Below are positions 9,945 to 22,628 of a stretch of DNA of 64,000 nucleotides, one piece after another. The stretch's first letter is position 1. Every line of letters starts with the position of its first letter. Below the pieces are notes generated by a model. It did no database searches and was not told where the DNA came from. It saw nothing but the letters and a program-made list of their open reading frames with translations. The position numbers and the translations under genes are program-made. The stretch comes from a virus. Where the stretch lies: the IMG/VR virus record IMGVR_UViG_3300002835_000026; one strand, given 5' to 3'.

Positions 9945-11279
9945 TTAGCTATTAGTTTTTAGTTTTATAGCTTTTAATATATCATCTACTTGGATTAGTT
10001 CTAAACTTTCTTTTCTTTCTGGTTGTTTAAAGTCAAATAACCATCTTCTATTATGATAGTTTTTACCACAATCTTTTTCTATATAAGTTACTTTAGGATG
10101 TTTTACATAATCATTATAAAAAGGAATTAAACAAATTCCTGTCTCTGGTTTTATTGAAGCTGCAAATGGATGTAAAAAAGTATCTACTGTTATCCATAAA
10201 CTGGCTTCTTCAATTAATCCTGCTAATTCAGGAATAGATTTATCTAAAAATTTTTCATCTACACCAGCTTGACAATAAGGAGAATTAGAATCAAATGATA
10301 ATGGGATTTGGTCATCTTTATGTGAACCGGTTTGAATAACATGATAACCTAATTTTTTTAATTCAAATATTAAATTAAACCATCTAACATCAACCCAATT
10401 TTTATTAGATTCAAATCCTTGTACTCGTGCTGCTGTGTTGCCTACTAAAACTATAGGTTTGCCTGATATATTATTGTATTTAATTTTTGGGCCGTTATAT
10501 TTCATAACGTCTGTTTTTTCTTTTGGTATATTATACATTTCAAATAATGCATTTACTAAATTGGGTAAATCATTTACTAAACCATAATCATAAATAAATC
10601 TATGATATCCTCCAAATAAATCATCATTCCAATCAATTAAACCCTTAGTGTCAATATGATCTAAAACAAATGGGTATATACTACTAACAAAACACTTTTT
10701 TCCTATTTTTTCTAATAGTGGATATGCCATAACATGGTCACCTAATCCACCATGTACATGAATTATTCGTTCATAAAATAAAGGATGATCTATTTTTTTA
10801 AAATATCGTTCTGAATCTGAGGTGTTATCTAGATTAAATTTATGCCTTGTTTTTTGACTAATTAAATCTGCTATAAACCATGTTATATGTTGGTAATTAG
10901 TGTCTTGATTACAGTGTAATAAATCCGTAGTTTTCGCTAATAAATAGGTATTATTAAGTATATCCCATTCTTTAACGTTAAAACATGTATTAGATTCATC
11001 TATTATTAAAACATAATTAGTTTTAATTTTATAAATAAGATCTATAAGAGATAATACAGGTGATGATGAGGTTGGTTGTATACTATAAAAAGAACTAGTA
11101 AGTGTTGATATTTTATCTAGTATAGTTGGATTAGTCCAAGGAGTAATACCTTTACAATTAACTTGTAAAGTATTAAATTGAGACTTTAAGGGATGTTGAT
11201 GTAATTGATTTAATAAAGTTAATAACTTAGTTTCATTCTCTGTATGAATGATAACTGTTATTTTATCATTTTTGGTCAT
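9945..11279 (-). CDS. GT9 (heptosyltransferase-like) glycosyltransferase, paralog 2
   Basis: GGLGDHVMAYP, KNWVDVRW, TVDTFLHPFAAS; collinear with the adjacent paralog. Confidence 0.8.
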   Translation of the reverse strand: MTKNDKITVIIHTENETKLLTLLNQLHQHPLKSQFNTLQVNCKGITPWTNPTILDKISTLTSSFYSIQPTSSSPVLSLIDLIYKIKTNYVLIIDESNTCFNVKEWDILNNTYLLAKTTDLLHCNQDTNYQHITWFIADLISQKTRHKFNLDNTSDSERYFKKIDHPLFYERIIHVHGGLGDHVMAYPLLEKIGKKCFVSSIYPFVLDHIDTKGLIDWNDDLFGGYHRFIYDYGLVNDLPNLVNALFEMYNIPKEKTDVMKYNGPKIKYNNISGKPIVLVGNTAARVQGFESNKNWVDVRWFNLIFELKKLGYHVIQTGSHKDDQIPLSFDSNSPYCQAGVDEKFLDKSIPELAGLIEEASLWITVDTFLHPFAASIKPETGICLIPFYNDYVKHPKVTYIEKDCGKNYHNRRWLFDFKQPERKESLELIQVDDILKAIKLKTNS

Positions 11280-11299
11280 AACTTAATTGTATTTACTAA

Positions 11300-11331
11300 T
11301 AAATATAATAACTTGGTTTTAGATATCCAAA
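11300..11331 (-). promoter_or_regulatory. Bipartite promoter TTTGG-N19-TATATTTA heading the glycosylation operon
   Basis: Conserved motif and spacing, 20 nt upstream of the ATG at 11279. Confidence 0.6.
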
Positions 11332-11337
11332 TTTAAA

Positions 11338-12057
11338 TTAATTAAATTCAAATCTCCATTTAAATCCACCACCAGTTGATCCTGTAAATGAAGCAGTTGG
11401 TTCAGGACCTTGGGCCGCGTAATTAAGATTATAAGTAGTACCGTCGAGGATTGGGTTTATATTAAATATAGTTTGTTCTCCATTACCATCATTTGCATCA
11501 CAGAGTCCACGCATACTTCCAGTTAATACACTTCTATAATCACAATAAAAATCTAAAGTCCAATAACAATTTTGAACATTAGGTGTTTGATCTGTAGATA
11601 ATAATAGTGGACCAATAATATTAAGTCCTGGACCATTAAGATCTGCTTGGTAATCTGAAACTAAAGTAGTTGTTGTAAGTGAATCTGTAATTTTAAAAGT
11701 TACATCAGTTATAGTATCTGATCCTCCAAATAATACATCAATATCATATTGTACACTGTAATTAGGGAAAACACCTGGATCATTACCTTCACAGGTTCCT
11801 AGTAAATCATAAAATTTTCCAAGAGATTGAGTAGTATTTTGTTGTCTAGTACCACATAATCTATTAGCATAATTATAAGATCCACTAGAACCCCAACCTG
11901 TATAAGGATATGTATTATTACCATATGGTCCTTTAGGCCATGATTCTTTCATAAAAACACTAGCTGACACGTTAGTACCAGGAGTTAATCCTAAATTTGC
12001 TGAGTCAAGTACATCATTATATGAAATTGTACTTCCTGAAGATGGCGTTACTCCCAT
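11338..12057 (-). CDS. Fibre-associated protein (possible tip/adhesin)
   Basis: Directly downstream of the fibre gene; N-terminus MGVTPSSGSTISYNDV resembles small proteins that follow S74-containing fibres; rich in G/S/T/Y. Confidence 0.55.
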   Translation of the reverse strand: MGVTPSSGSTISYNDVLDSANLGLTPGTNVSASVFMKESWPKGPYGNNTYPYTGWGSSGSYNYANRLCGTRQQNTTQSLGKFYDLLGTCEGNDPGVFPNYSVQYDIDVLFGGSDTITDVTFKITDSLTTTTLVSDYQADLNGPGLNIIGPLLLSTDQTPNVQNCYWTLDFYCDYRSVLTGSMRGLCDANDGNGEQTIFNINPILDGTTYNLNYAAQGPEPTASFTGSTGGGFKWRFEFN

Positions 12058-12059
12058 AA

Positions 12060-15000
12060 CTATTTATTTTTAAGTTGTTCTTCTAAATTATTTACTTTAT
12101 CATTTAATTCTTGAATAGCTGCTACTAATAATGGTACTATTTTTTCGTATTGTACTGTTAAGTAATTTTCACCTGATTTACTAGTTGTATTTCCGTCATT
12201 ATCTAAAATATTAATATCAAAAGGAGCTGGTTTTACTACTTCAGGTAATACTTTTTGTAAATCCTGAGCTATAACACCAACTTGTCTTTCTGGGTGTTTA
12301 ATTTGCATTAAATTATCAGCTAATTCATTTTGGTAATAAGTTACTGCTCTTAATGAATTAACTTTACTTAAAGCATTATTAATTGGTTCTAGTCCTTTTT
12401 TAAGTCTTTCATCTGAATAGTAAGCTACTACATCACCTGCCGCGTAAAGAGCTCCAGATGAATATATATAATATCCACCTGACGTTTCAATATATCCTGA
12501 TACACTTAATGTTGTACCATTAAATGTCATGTTTTGTTCAGCATTTATTGTAGAAGAATTTACTGATGTTATAACACGGTTATCAGCAGCACCAGTATAA
12601 GATGTTATACCAGCACTTGCTCCTGATGTACCTGAAGCACCTGATGCACCACTTGTTCCTGAAGCACCTGAAGTTCCTGATGTACCTGATGCACCACTTG
12701 TTCCTGAAGCACCTGAAGTTCCTGATAAACCTGAAGTACCGCTTGCACCTGAAGCACCTGATGTACCTGATGCACCACTTGTTCCTGAAGCACCTGAAGT
12801 TCCTGATGTACCTGATGCACCACTTGTTCCTGAAGCACCTGAAGTTCCTGATAAACCTGAAGTACCGCTTGCACCTGAAGCACCTGATGTACCTGATGCA
12901 CCACTTGTTCCTGAAGCACCTGAAGTTCCTGATGTACCTGATGCACCACTTGTTCCTGAAGCACCTGAAGTTCCTGATAAACCTGAAGTACCGCTTGCAC
13001 CTGAAGCACCTGATGTACCTGATGTACCGCTTGCTCCTGATGTTCCTGAAGCACCTGATAAACCTGAAGTACCGCTTGCACCTGAAGCACCTGATGTACC
13101 TGATGTACCGCTTGCTCCTGATGTTCCTGAAGCACCTGATAAACCTGAAGTACCACTAGCTCCTGAAGCTCCACTTGTACCTGACGCACCTGATGTACCT
13201 GACGCACCTGATGTACCTGATGTTCCTGAAGCACCTGATGTTCCGCTTGCTCCTGATATACCTGATCCGGCTACTAAACTCCAATATGTTCCGTTTGTAG
13301 GGACTATGTTTTCACTTCCTAATATGTTTATATAAGAACTTCCATTGTATGAAACAACATTGTTTGGAATGTATGAAGTTCCAGCATTGTAAGCACCTAA
13401 CCAAATTAAACCTATACCTGAACGACCTGATGTACCTGAGGCACCTGATGCACCACTTGTACCTGAAGCACCTGATGTACCTGATGTACCTGAAGCACCA
13501 CTTGTTCCTGAAGCACCTGATGTACCACTTAAACCTGATGTTCCGCTTGCGCCTGAAGCTCCTGATGTACCTGATGCTCCTGATGTTCCTGATGCTCCTG
13601 AAGTTCCACTTAAACCTGAAATTCCTGATGTACCTGATGTTCCACTAGCACCTGAAGTTCCTGAAGCACCACTTGCCCCTGATGTTCCTGAAGCACCACT
13701 TGTACCTGAAGCACCTGAAGTTCCTGATAAACCTGAAATACCTGATGTACCTGAAGTTCCACTAGCACCTGAAGTACCACTTGTTCCTGATGCGCCACTT
13801 GTACCTGAAGCTCCTGAAGTACCGCTTGCACCTGATATACCAGACCCAGCTACTAATTGCCAATATGTTCCATTTGTAGGGACAACTCCTTCGCTTTGTA
13901 ATATGTTTATATAAGAACTTCCATTGTATGAAACAACATTGTTTGGAATATAAGTTGTAGCGCCATTATAAGCACCTAACCAAATTAAACCTATACCTGA
14001 GCGACCTGATGTTCCTGAGGCGCCTGAAGCACCTGATGTACCTGAAGCACCACTTGTACCTGAAGCACCGCTTGTACCTGAAGCACCTGATAAACCTGAG
14101 ATACCTGAGCGACCTGATGTTCCTGAAGCACCACTTGCACCTGAAGTTCCTGAAGCACCTGATGTACCTGATAAACCTGAAGTGCCACTTGCACCTGAAG
14201 CCCCTGATGTACCGCTTGCACCTGATGTTCCTGAAGCACCTGATAAACCTGATGTTCCTGAGGCGCCACTAGCTCCACTTGTTCCTGAAGCACCTGATGT
14301 ACCTGAAGCACCTGATAAACCTGATGTTCCTGAGGCGCCACTAGCTCCACTTGTTCCTGAAGCACCTGATGTACCTGAAGCACCTGATAAACCTGATGTT
14401 CCTGAGGCGCCTGATGCACCACTAGTTCCTGAAGCTCCACTTGTTCCTGAAGCACCTGATAAACCTGATGTTCCTGAGGCGCCACTAGCTCCACTTGTTC
14501 CTGATGCACCACTTGTTCCTGATGCGCCTGATGTACCTGAAGCACCTGATGTTCCGCTTGCTCCTGATATACCGGACCCAGCTACTAACTGCCAATATGT
14601 TGGGTTTGTAGGGACTATGTTTTCACTTCCTAATATGTTTATATAAGAACTTCCATTGTATGAAACAACATTGTTTGGAATGTATGAAGTTCCAGCATTG
14701 TAAGCACCTAACCAAATTAAGCCAATGCCTGAACGACCTGATGTTCCTGAAGCACCTGAAGCTCCACTTGTACCTGAAGCACCTGATGTACCTGATGCTC
14801 CTGATGTACCACTTAAACCTGATGTTCCGCTTGCGCCTGAAGCTCCTGATGTACCTGATGCTCCTGATGTTCCTGATGCTCCTGAAGTTCCTGATGCTCC
14901 TGAAGTTCCACTTAAACCTGAAATTCCTGATGTACCTGATGTTCCACTAGCACCTGAAGTTCCTGAAGCACCTGATGTACCACTTGCACCTGATAAACCT

Positions 15001-18000
15001 GAAATACCTGAACGACCTGATGTTCCTGAAGCTCCTGAAGCACCACTTAAACCTGAAGTTCCTGAAGCACCACTTGCACCTGATGTTCCTGATGCTCCAC
15101 TTGTACCTGAAGCTCCTGATGTACCTGATAAACCTGAAATACCTGATGTACCTGAAGTTCCACTTGCTCCAGAAGCACCACTTGTTCCTGATGCGCCACT
15201 TGTACCTGAAGCTCCTGAAGTACCGCTTGCACCTGATATACCGGACCCAGCTACTAAACTCCAATATGTTGGGTTTGTAGGAACAGTTGCTTCACTTTGT
15301 AATATGTTTATATAAGTACTTCCATTATATGAAACAACATTATTAGGAATATAAGTTGTAGCACCACTATAAGCACCTAACCAAATTAAACCTATACCTG
15401 AGCGACCTGATGTACCTGAAGCACCTGAAGCACCACTTGTTCCTGAAGCACCTGAAGTTCCTGATGCACCTGATGTACCACTTGCACCTGAAGTTCCACT
15501 TAAACCTGAAATTCCTGATGTACCTGATGTTCCACTAGCACCTGAAGCACCACTTGTACCTGAAGCACCTGATGTACCTGATGCGCCACTTAGTCCTGAG
15601 ATACCTGAGTTTCCTGATGTACCGCTTGCGCCTGAAGCACCTGAAGTACCGCTTGCGCCTGAAGTACCTGAAGCACCACTTAGGCCTGAAATGCCTGAGT
15701 TTCCTGATGTACCGCTTGCGCCTGAAGCTCCACTTGTACCTGAAGCACCTGAAATACCTGATAAACCACTTATACCTGAACGTCCTGAAATACCTGATCC
15801 TGCCACTAATGACCATGAACTTGGTGTATCTGATGGAGCTGCATCATTATTATTATTTAAAGCTATATAAGAACTTCCAAGGTATGATACTAAGTCATTT
15901 GTTTGATAATTTGTAGCACTACTCCAAGAACCTTCCCAAATTAGACCTATACCTGAAAGACCAGATATACCACTTAGACCTGAGATACCTGAGTTGCCGC
16001 TTAAGCCTGAAATACCTGAGTTACCTGATGTACCTGAAGCACCACTTAAACCTGATATACCTGAGTTACCTGATGTACCTGAGGCGCCACTTAGACCTGA
16101 GATACCTGAGTTGCCGCTTAAGCCTGAAATACCTGAGTTACCTGAAGCGCCTGATGTACCACTTAGACCTGAAATGCCACTTAAACCTGAGATGCCTGAG
16201 TTACCTGATGTACCTGAAATGCCTGATAAACCTGAAATACCGCTTAAACCTGATATACCTGAGCGACCTGAGATGCCTGATCCTGCTACTAAACTCCAAT
16301 ATGTTGGTGATTCGTTAGGTGATTGGTCTAAACTATTTTGTATCGCTATATATGTGTTTCCAAGGTATGATACTAAATCATTAGTTTGATAGTTTGTAGC
16401 ACTACTCCAAGAACCTTTCCAAATTAGACCTATACCTGAAAGACCTGAAATTCCGCTTAAACCTGATATACCACTTAGACCTGAAATGCCTGAGCGACCT
16501 GAAATACCGCTTAGACCTGAAATTCCTGAAATACCAGAAATACCACTTAAACCAGATATACCTAAAATTCCTGATAAACCTGAAATACCTGAGCGACCTG
16601 AGATGCCTGAAGCCGCTACTAGTTCCCAATATGTTGCATTTGTAGGTAAATTATTTAAGTTGCTATTTGTAATTGATATATAAGAACTTCCATTATATGA
16701 AACTAAATCATTAATGTTATAAGTTACTTCAAAATCCCATCCTCCTGCTTTCCAATATAAACCTATACCTGATAAACCTGAGCGACCTGAAGTACCAGAT
16801 AAACCTGATATTCCTGATAAGCCTGATATACCACTTAGGCCTGAGGTACCTGATAAACCTGAAATACCTGAGTTACCTGATAAACCTGAGATGCCACTTA
16901 GGCCTGAGATGCCTGAATTACCACTTAAGCCTGATATACCTGAAAAACCTGAAAGACCACTAACTGCTATAATAGACCAATATGTTGGTTGAGCTGATGG
17001 AGTAGCGCTAATATTACTATCTTGTAAAGAAATATAAGAACTTCCTTGATAATAAACTATATCATTTATATTATATAAAGTAAATGCATCCCAAGTACCT
17101 TCCCAAATTAAACCTATACCTGATAAACCTGAAATACCTGAGCGACCTGATGTTCCTGAAGCACCTGAAATGCCTGAAATGCCACTTAAACCTGATAAAC
17201 CTGATATACCACTTAGACCAGAAATACCTGATATGCCACTTAATCCTGAAATACCTGAGCGACCTGAATCTCCACTTATACCTGAAAGTCCTGAATTACC
17301 ACTTAGTCCTGATATACCTGAGATGCCTGAAAGACCAGATATACCTGAACGACCTGAGTTTCCATCAGTACCACTTAATCCTGAAATACCTGAGTTACCA
17401 CTTAAACCTGAAATACCTGATAAGCCTGATATGCCACTTATACCTGATAAACCAGATAAACCTGAAATTCCACTTATACCTGATAAACCTGAAATACCTG
17501 ATAAGCCACTTATACCTGAAATTCCTGATAATCCACTTATACCTGAAATACCGGATATACCACTTAATCCTGAAATGCCGCTTAAACCTGATATTCCTGA
17601 AATACCACTTAAACCTGAAATTCCTGATATACCACTTAAACCACTTACACCTGAAATACCTGATAAACCTGATTCACCGCTTAAACCTGATATTCCTGAA
17701 ATACCACTTAAACCTGAAATACCGCTTATACCTGATAAACCTGATAGACCAGATGTACCGCTTAAACCAGATGTGCCTGAGAGTCCTGAAATACCAGAAA
17801 GACCTGATATACCTGATATACCTGATATACCACTTAGACCTGAGGTACCTGAAATACCTGATAAACCACTTTCACCACTTAATCCTGAAATGCCACTTAT
17901 ACCTGATAAACCAGATAGACCTGAATCGCCACTTAAACCTGAAATGCCACTTAATCCGCTTATACCTGAAAGTCCTGATAAACCTGATTCACCACTTAAT

Positions 18001-21000
18001 CCACTTATACCTGATAAACCAGATGTACCTGAAAGACCTGATGTACCTGATAAACCACTGATACCTGATGTACCACTTAAGCCTGAGGTACCACTTAAAC
18101 CTGAAAGACCAGATTCACCACTTAAGCCTGAGGTACCACTTAAACCACTTATACCTAAATTACCTGATAAGCCTGAAATACCACTTAAACCTGAAATTCC
18201 TGATAAACCTGATAAACCTGATTCACCACTTAAGCCTGATATTCCTGAAAGTCCTGAGATGCCACTTAGTCCTGAAATACCGCTTATACCTAATAATCCT
18301 GAAATGCCTGATGTACCTAAAAGTCCTGATATTCCTGACTCACCGCTTAATCCTGAGATGCCACTTAATCCACTTATGCCTGAAGTACCTGATAAACCTG
18401 AAATACCTGATGTACCGCTTAAACCACTTATACCTGATAAACCTGATAAACCACTTTCCCCTGATAATCCTGAGATGCCACTTGTACCTGACAAGCCTGA
18501 AATTCCGCTTAATCCTGATAAGCCACTTTCGCCTGATAAACCTGAAATACCTGAAGTGCCACTTAAACCTGATGTACCTGATAAGCCTGAAAGTCCTGAG
18601 ATGCCTGAAGTACCACTTAAACCTAAAATACCACTTATGCCTGATATGCCACTTAATCCACTTATACCTGATGTACCGCTAAGGCCTGATAAGCCACTTT
18701 CGCCTGAAAGACCTGATAAGCCTGAAAGTCCTGATATACCTGATGTACCTGATAAACCTGAAATTCCGCTTGTACCTAAAAGTCCTGATAAGCCACTTTC
18801 GCCTGATAATCCTGAAATACCTGATGTACCACTTAATCCACTTATGCCGCTTAAACCTGAAATACCTGATGTACCACTTAATCCACTTATGCCGCTTAAA
18901 CCTGAAATACCTGAGTCACCGTTTAGACCTGAAGTACCTGATAAACCACTAATTCCACTTAAACCTGATGTACCACTTAATCCTGAAATGCCACTTATAC
19001 CTGATAAACCTGAAATACCTGAAAGTCCTAAGGTACCACTTAATCCACTTATACCTGAAGTTCCTAATAAACCTGAAATTCCTAATATACCGCTAAGACC
19101 TGATAATCCACTTTCGCCTGATAATCCTAAAATACCACTTATACCTGAAATACCTGATACACCACTTAAACCTGAAATACCGGAATCACCATTTAAACCT
19201 GATATACCGCTTAAACCACTTATACCTGAGATGCCACTTAGGCCTGAAATTCCTGAAAGACCTAATATTCCTGATTCACCACTTAATCCTGAGATGCCTG
19301 ATAAACCAGAAACACCTGATAGACCTGATAAACCGCTTATACCTGATAGACCTGAAGTACCACTTAAACCTGAAAGTCCTGAGTCACCGTTTAAACCTGA
19401 TATGCCTGAAAGACCAGATACACCATTTAATCCGCTTACACCTGATATTCCTGATAAGCCTGATATACCGCTTGTACCTGATAAGCCAGAAATGCCTGAA
19501 GTACCTTCTAAACCTGATATGCCTGAAAAACCTGAAATACCGCTTAATCCTAAAATACCTGAGATGCCTGAGATGCCTGATAAACCACTTAATCCAGATA
19601 AGCCACTTTCACCATTTAAACCTGAAATACCACTTAAACCTAAAAGTCCTGAAATACCTGATGTACCGCTTAAACCTGATAAACCTGATTCACCACTTAA
19701 GCCTGAAATACCACTTAAACCTGAAAATCCTGATGTACCGCTAAGACCTGATATACCTAAAAGTCCTGAAATACCTGATGTACCGCTTAAACCTGATAAA
19801 CCTGATTCACCACTTAAGCCTGAAATACCGCTTGTGCCTGATAAACCTAAAATACCTGATAAACCACTTTCACCACTTAAACCTGATAAACCTAAGATAC
19901 CTGAAATACCATTTAAACCAGAAATACCGCTTGTTCCTAACAATCCTGAAACCCCACTTAAACCTGAAAGACCTGATGTTCCTGAAAGACCTGATATACC
20001 ATCTATACCAGAAAATCCTGATAAACCGCTTAAACCTGAGGTACCTGACATACCTGAAAGTCCTGATATACCTGATGTACTTATACCACTTAAACCAGAT
20101 AAACCGGAAAGTCCTGAAGTTCCATCTATGCCTGAAAGACCTGATATACCGCTTAAACCTGATGTACCTAATAAACCTGAAAGTCCTGATGAGCCGCTTA
20201 ATCCTGAAAGACCTGAGTCTCCATTTAATCCTAAAATACCACTTATACCACTTAAACCTGAAATTCCTGAGTCACCGTTTAGACCTAAAATTCCTGATAA
20301 ACCTGAAATACCAGACAATCCTAAAATACCAGATAGGCCTGAAGTACCACTTAGACCAGAAATACCTGAATCTCCAATATTACCATTTGTACCACTTAAT
20401 CCTGAAATACCTGATGTGCCATTTAAACCTGAAATACCTGAATTTCCAATTAAACCAGATATACCTGAAACTCCTTCTAAACCTGAAATACCTGAAGTAC
20501 CATTTGTACCTGATAAGCCACTTATACCTGACTGACCTAATAAACCTGAAGTGCCTTCTAAACCTGAAATTCCTGAAGTACCGTTTGTACCATTAGTACC
20601 ACTTAAACCAGAAATTCCTGAATTACCTAAAAGTCCTGAAATACCTGAAGCTCCTTCTAAACCTGAGATGCCTGAAATACCATTTATACCTGAAATACCT
20701 TCTAAACCTGATATTCCTGAAGTTCCATTTGTACCATTTGTACCTGAAAGTCCTGAAATACCACTTAATCCTGAAGTACCTAAGATACCACTTAATCCTG
20801 AGATGCCTGAGTCACCATTTAGACCTAACAAACCTGATAAACCACTTATACCTGAAGTTCCTAATGTACCTGATAAACCTGAAAGTCCTGATGTACCTTC
20901 AAGACCTGAAAGACCGGATGTACCATTTGTTCCATTTGTTCCTGATAAACCAGATAAACCTGAAGTTCCTAATGTACCTGATAAACCTGATAAACCTGAT

Positions 21001-22628
21001 GTACCATTTAATCCACTTAAACCTGATGTACCTTCAAGACCTGAAAGACCTGAAGTTCCGTTTGTACCGGATAAACCACTTAGACCTGAAGTTCCAGTGC
21101 CACTTAAGCCTGATAAACCACTTGTGCCTTCTAAACCACTTAGACCTGAAGTACCATTTGTACCACTTGTTCCTGATAAACCTGAGAGACCTGATGTACC
21201 AGTACCACTTAATCCACTTAGACCAGATATACCTTCTAAACCTGAAAGTCCTGAGGTACCATTTGTTCCTGATAAACCTGAAAGTCCTGAGGTACCATTT
21301 GTACCATTAGTTCCTGAGAAACCACTTATACCAGATAAACCACTTATACCTTCTAAGCCACTTATACCTGATGTACCAATTGTACCACTTAATCCACTTA
21401 TACCTGAAGTTCCAGTTCCACTAAGACCTGAAAGACCAGATGTACCTTCTAAACCAGATAAACCTGATAAGCCTGATAAGCCTGATAAGCCTGATAAACC
21501 AGTTCCTGAAAGACCAGATAAACCTGAGGTTCCAGTACCACTAAGACCTGAAAGTCCTGAAAGTCCTGTTCCACTAAGACCAGAAATTCCTGATGTACCT
21601 TCTAAACCTGATAAACCTGAAATTCCGTTTATACCTGATAAACCGCTTAAACCAGAAGTGCCAGTACCACTTAAACCTGAAAGTCCTGATGTACCTAATA
21701 TGCCACTTAGACCTGATGTACCTTCAAGACCTGAAAGACCGGATGTACCATTTGTTCCTGATAAACCTGAAAGTCCTGAAGTACTAGTACCACTAAGACC
21801 TGAAAGACCAGATGTACCTTCTAAGCCTGAAAGACCAGATGTACCATTAGTACCATTAGTACCTGAAAGACCTGAAAGTCCTGATATACCTGTACCACTT
21901 AGGCCTGATAAACCACTTAAGCCTTCTAAACCTGAGAGTCCTGAGGTACCATTTGTACCATTAGTTCCTGATAAACCACTTAGACCTGATGTACCAGCTC
22001 CTGACAAACCAGATAAACCTGAAGTTCCAGTACCACTAAGACCTGAAAGTCCTGATAAACCTTCTAAACCAGAAAGACCTGAAGTTCCATTAGTTCCTGA
22101 AAGACCGCTCAAACCAGAAGTTCCTGTTCCACTTAAACCACTTAGACCTGAAGTTCCTGTACCACTTAAACCAGATAAACCACTTATACCTTCTAAACCT
22201 GATAAACCTGAGGTACCATTAGTTCCTGATAAACCGCTTAATCCTGAGGTGCCAGTTCCACTTAATCCTGATAAACCTGAAGTGCCAGTACCACTTAAAC
22301 CTGATAAACCTTCTAAACCTGAAAGTCCTGATGTACCATTTATTCCTGATAAACCACTTATACCAGATGTTCCAGCGCCACTTAGTCCTGAAATACCTGA
22401 TGTACCTGTTCCTGATAAACCTGAAATACCTGAGGTGCCAGTACCACTTAAGCCTGAAATACCTGAGGTGCCAGTACCACTTAAACCTGAAAGACCTGAT
22501 AAACCTGAAAGTCCAGATGTACCAATTCCACTACTACCTCCTGAAGTAGGTACTTCAAAAGAAGCTATAGATACTTGATCTAAAAATCGTACATTGTTTC
22601 TTGGTATGGAGTTATTGATTCTGGCCAT
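12060..22628 (-). CDS. Giant fibre protein (3522 aa): Gly-X-Ser repeats, 8 Trp/Tyr-rich CBM-like modules, C-terminal Peptidase S74 intramolecular chaperone
   Basis: Nearly continuous (G-[LITA]-S)n; modules GLIW.G.W/Y...Y..ND/N.V.Y.GSSYI...P...YW; C-terminal [20 protein letters not shown]...[31 protein letters not shown]. Confidence 0.9.
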   Translation of the reverse strand: MARINNSIPRNNVRFLDQVSIASFEVPTSGGSSGIGTSGLSGLSGLSGLSGTGTSGISGLSGTGTSGISGLSGTGTSGISGLSGAGTSGISGLSGINGTSGLSGLEGLSGLSGTGTSGLSGLSGTGTSGLSGLSGTNGTSGLSGLEGISGLSGLSGTGTSGLSGLSGTGTSGLSGLSGTNGTSGLSGLEGLSGLSGLSGTGTSGLSGLSGAGTSGLSGLSGTNGTNGTSGLSGLEGLSGLSGLSGTGISGLSGLSGTNGTNGTSGLSGLEGTSGLSGLSGTSTSGLSGLSGTNGTSGLSGLEGTSGLSGILGTSGLSGLSGTGTSGLSGLSGINGISGLSGLEGTSGISGLSGTGLSGLSGLSGTGTSGLSGLSGTGLSGLSGLSGLSGLSGLEGTSGLSGLSGTGTSGISGLSGTIGTSGISGLEGISGLSGISGFSGTNGTNGTSGLSGLSGTNGTSGLSGLEGISGLSGLSGTGTSGLSGLSGTSGTNGTSGLSGLEGTSGLSGLSGTGTSGLSGLSGTNGTSGLSGLEGTSGLSGLNGTSGLSGLSGTLGTSGLSGLSGTNGTNGTSGLSGLEGTSGLSGLSGTLGTSGISGLSGLLGLNGDSGISGLSGILGTSGLSGISGLSGTNGTNGTSGISGLEGISGINGISGISGLEGASGISGLLGNSGISGLSGTNGTNGTSGISGLEGTSGLLGQSGISGLSGTNGTSGISGLEGVSGISGLIGNSGISGLNGTSGISGLSGTNGNIGDSGISGLSGTSGLSGILGLSGISGLSGILGLNGDSGISGLSGISGILGLNGDSGLSGLSGSSGLSGLLGTSGLSGISGLSGIDGTSGLSGLSGLSGISTSGISGLSGMSGTSGLSGLSGFSGIDGISGLSGTSGLSGLSGVSGLLGTSGISGLNGISGILGLSGLSGESGLSGILGLSGTSGISGLSGESGLSGLSGTSGISGLLGISGLSGTSGFSGLSGISGLSGESGLSGLSGTSGISGLLGLSGISGLNGESGLSGLSGLSGISGISGILGLSGISGFSGISGLEGTSGISGLSGTSGISGLSGISGVSGLNGVSGLSGISGLNGDSGLSGLSGTSGLSGISGLSGLSGVSGLSGISGLSGESGILGLSGISGLSGISGISGLSGISGLNGDSGISGLSGVSGISGISGILGLSGESGLSGLSGILGISGLLGTSGISGLSGTLGLSGISGLSGISGISGLSGTSGLSGISGLSGTSGLNGDSGISGLSGISGLSGTSGISGLSGISGLSGTSGISGLSGESGLSGLLGTSGISGLSGTSGISGLSGLSGLSGESGLSGLSGTSGISGLSGISGISGILGLSGTSGISGLSGLSGTSGLSGTSGISGLSGESGLSGLSGISGLSGTSGISGLSGESGLSGLSGISGLSGTSGISGLSGTSGISGLSGISGLSGESGISGLLGTSGISGLLGISGISGLSGISGLSGISGLSGESGLSGLSGISGLSGISGLSGNLGISGLSGTSGLSGESGLSGLSGTSGLSGTSGISGLSGTSGLSGTSGLSGISGLSGESGLSGLSGISGLSGISGLSGDSGLSGLSGISGISGLSGESGLSGISGTSGLSGISGISGISGLSGISGLSGTSGLSGTSGLSGLSGISGISGLSGISGISGLSGESGLSGISGVSGLSGISGISGLSGISGISGLSGISGLSGISGISGISGLSGISGISGLSGISGLSGISGISGLSGLSGISGISGLSGISGLSGNSGISGLSGTDGNSGRSGISGLSGISGISGLSGNSGLSGISGDSGRSGISGLSGISGISGLSGISGLSGLSGISGISGASGTSGRSGISGLSGIGLIWEGTWDAFTLYNINDIVYYQGSSYISLQDSNISATPSAQPTYWSIIAVSGLSGFSGISGLSGNSGISGLSGISGLSGNSGISGLSGTSGLSGISGLSGISGLSGTSGRSGLSGIGLYWKAGGWDFEVTYNINDLVSYNGSSYISITNSNLNNLPTNATYWELVAASGISGRSGISGLSGILGISGLSGISGISGISGLSGISGRSGISGLSGISGLSGISGLSGIGLIWKGSWSSATNYQTNDLVSYLGNTYIAIQNSLDQSPNESPTYWSLVAGSGISGRSGISGLSGISGLSGISGTSGNSGISGLSGISGLSGTSGASGNSGISGLSGNSGISGLSGASGTSGNSGISGLSGASGTSGNSGISGLSGNSGISGLSGISGLSGIGLIWEGSWSSATNYQTNDLVSYLGSSYIALNNNNDAAPSDTPSSWSLVAGSGISGRSGISGLSGISGASGTSGASGASGTSGNSGISGLSGASGTSGASGTSGASGASGTSGNSGISGLSGASGTSGASGTSGASGASGTSGTSGISGLSGTSGASGTSGASGTSGASGTSGASGASGTSGRSGIGLIWLGAYSGATTYIPNNVVSYNGSTYINILQSEATVPTNPTYWSLVAGSGISGASGTSGASGTSGASGTSGASGASGTSGTSGISGLSGTSGASGTSGASGTSGASGASGTSGLSGASGASGTSGRSGISGLSGASGTSGASGTSGASGTSGTSGISGLSGTSGASGTSGASGTSGASGTSGASGASGTSGLSGTSGASGTSGASGTSGASGASGTSGRSGIGLIWLGAYNAGTSYIPNNVVSYNGSSYINILGSENIVPTNPTYWQLVAGSGISGASGTSGASGTSGASGTSGASGTSGASGASGTSGLSGASGTSGASGTSGASGASGTSGLSGASGTSGASGTSGASGASGTSGLSGASGTSGASGTSGASGASGTSGLSGASGTSGASGTSGASGASGTSGLSGTSGASGTSGASGASGTSGRSGISGLSGASGTSGASGTSGASGTSGASGASGTSGRSGIGLIWLGAYNGATTYIPNNVVSYNGSSYINILQSEGVVPTNGTYWQLVAGSGISGASGTSGASGTSGASGTSGTSGASGTSGTSGISGLSGTSGASGTSGASGTSGASGASGTSGASGTSGTSGISGLSGTSGASGTSGASGTSGASGASGTSGLSGTSGASGTSGASGTSGTSGASGTSGASGASGTSGRSGIGLIWLGAYNAGTSYIPNNVVSYNGSSYINILGSENIVPTNGTYWSLVAGSGISGASGTSGASGTSGTSGASGTSGASGTSGASGASGTSGLSGASGTSGASGTSGTSGASGASGTSGLSGASGTSGASGTSGTSGASGASGTSGLSGTSGASGTSGASGTSGTSGASGTSGASGTSGASGASGTSGLSGTSGASGTSGASGTSGTSGASGTSGASGTSGASGASGTSGLSGTSGASGTSGASGTSGTSGASGTSGASGASGTSGASAGITSYTGAADNRVITSVNSSTINAEQNMTFNGTTLSVSGYIETSGGYYIYSSGALYAAGDVVAYYSDERLKKGLEPINNALSKVNSLRAVTYYQNELADNLMQIKHPERQVGVIAQDLQKVLPEVVKPAPFDINILDNDGNTTSKSGENYLTVQYEKIVPLLVAAIQELNDKVNNLEEQLKNK
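12620..22530 (-). repeat. 9-nt-periodic coding repeat (Gly-X-Ser), including near-perfect 126-bp and 72-bp tandem units
   Basis: cctga/ccact recurs every 9 nt on the + strand; a 126-bp unit starts at 12721, 12847 and 12973; a 72-bp unit repeats around 14240-14480. Confidence 0.95.

Noticed and set aside
11338-17125. Diversity-generating retroelement or invertible shufflon acting on the fibre
   Set aside because: No reverse transcriptase or recombinase in the window; module differences are not adenine-specific and all modules are in direct orientation.
12620-22530. Possible CRISPR array or non-coding satellite
   Set aside because: No constant repeat with unique spacers; the variation is codon-structured within one open frame.
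12602-22549. Alternative-frame ORFs rich in HL/LK/MY or QV/HQ/LQ
   Set aside because: Frame-shifted readings of the same 9-nt periodic repeat.
14182-22578. Long Pro-rich + strand ORFs (1121 aa at 17170..20535, 675 aa at 20551..22578, and others)
   Set aside because: Antisense shadows of the Ser-Gly codon repeat: TCA-GGN reads as CCT-GAN on the other strand, so stops are rare. They end where the repeat is interrupted and have no promoter or start context.
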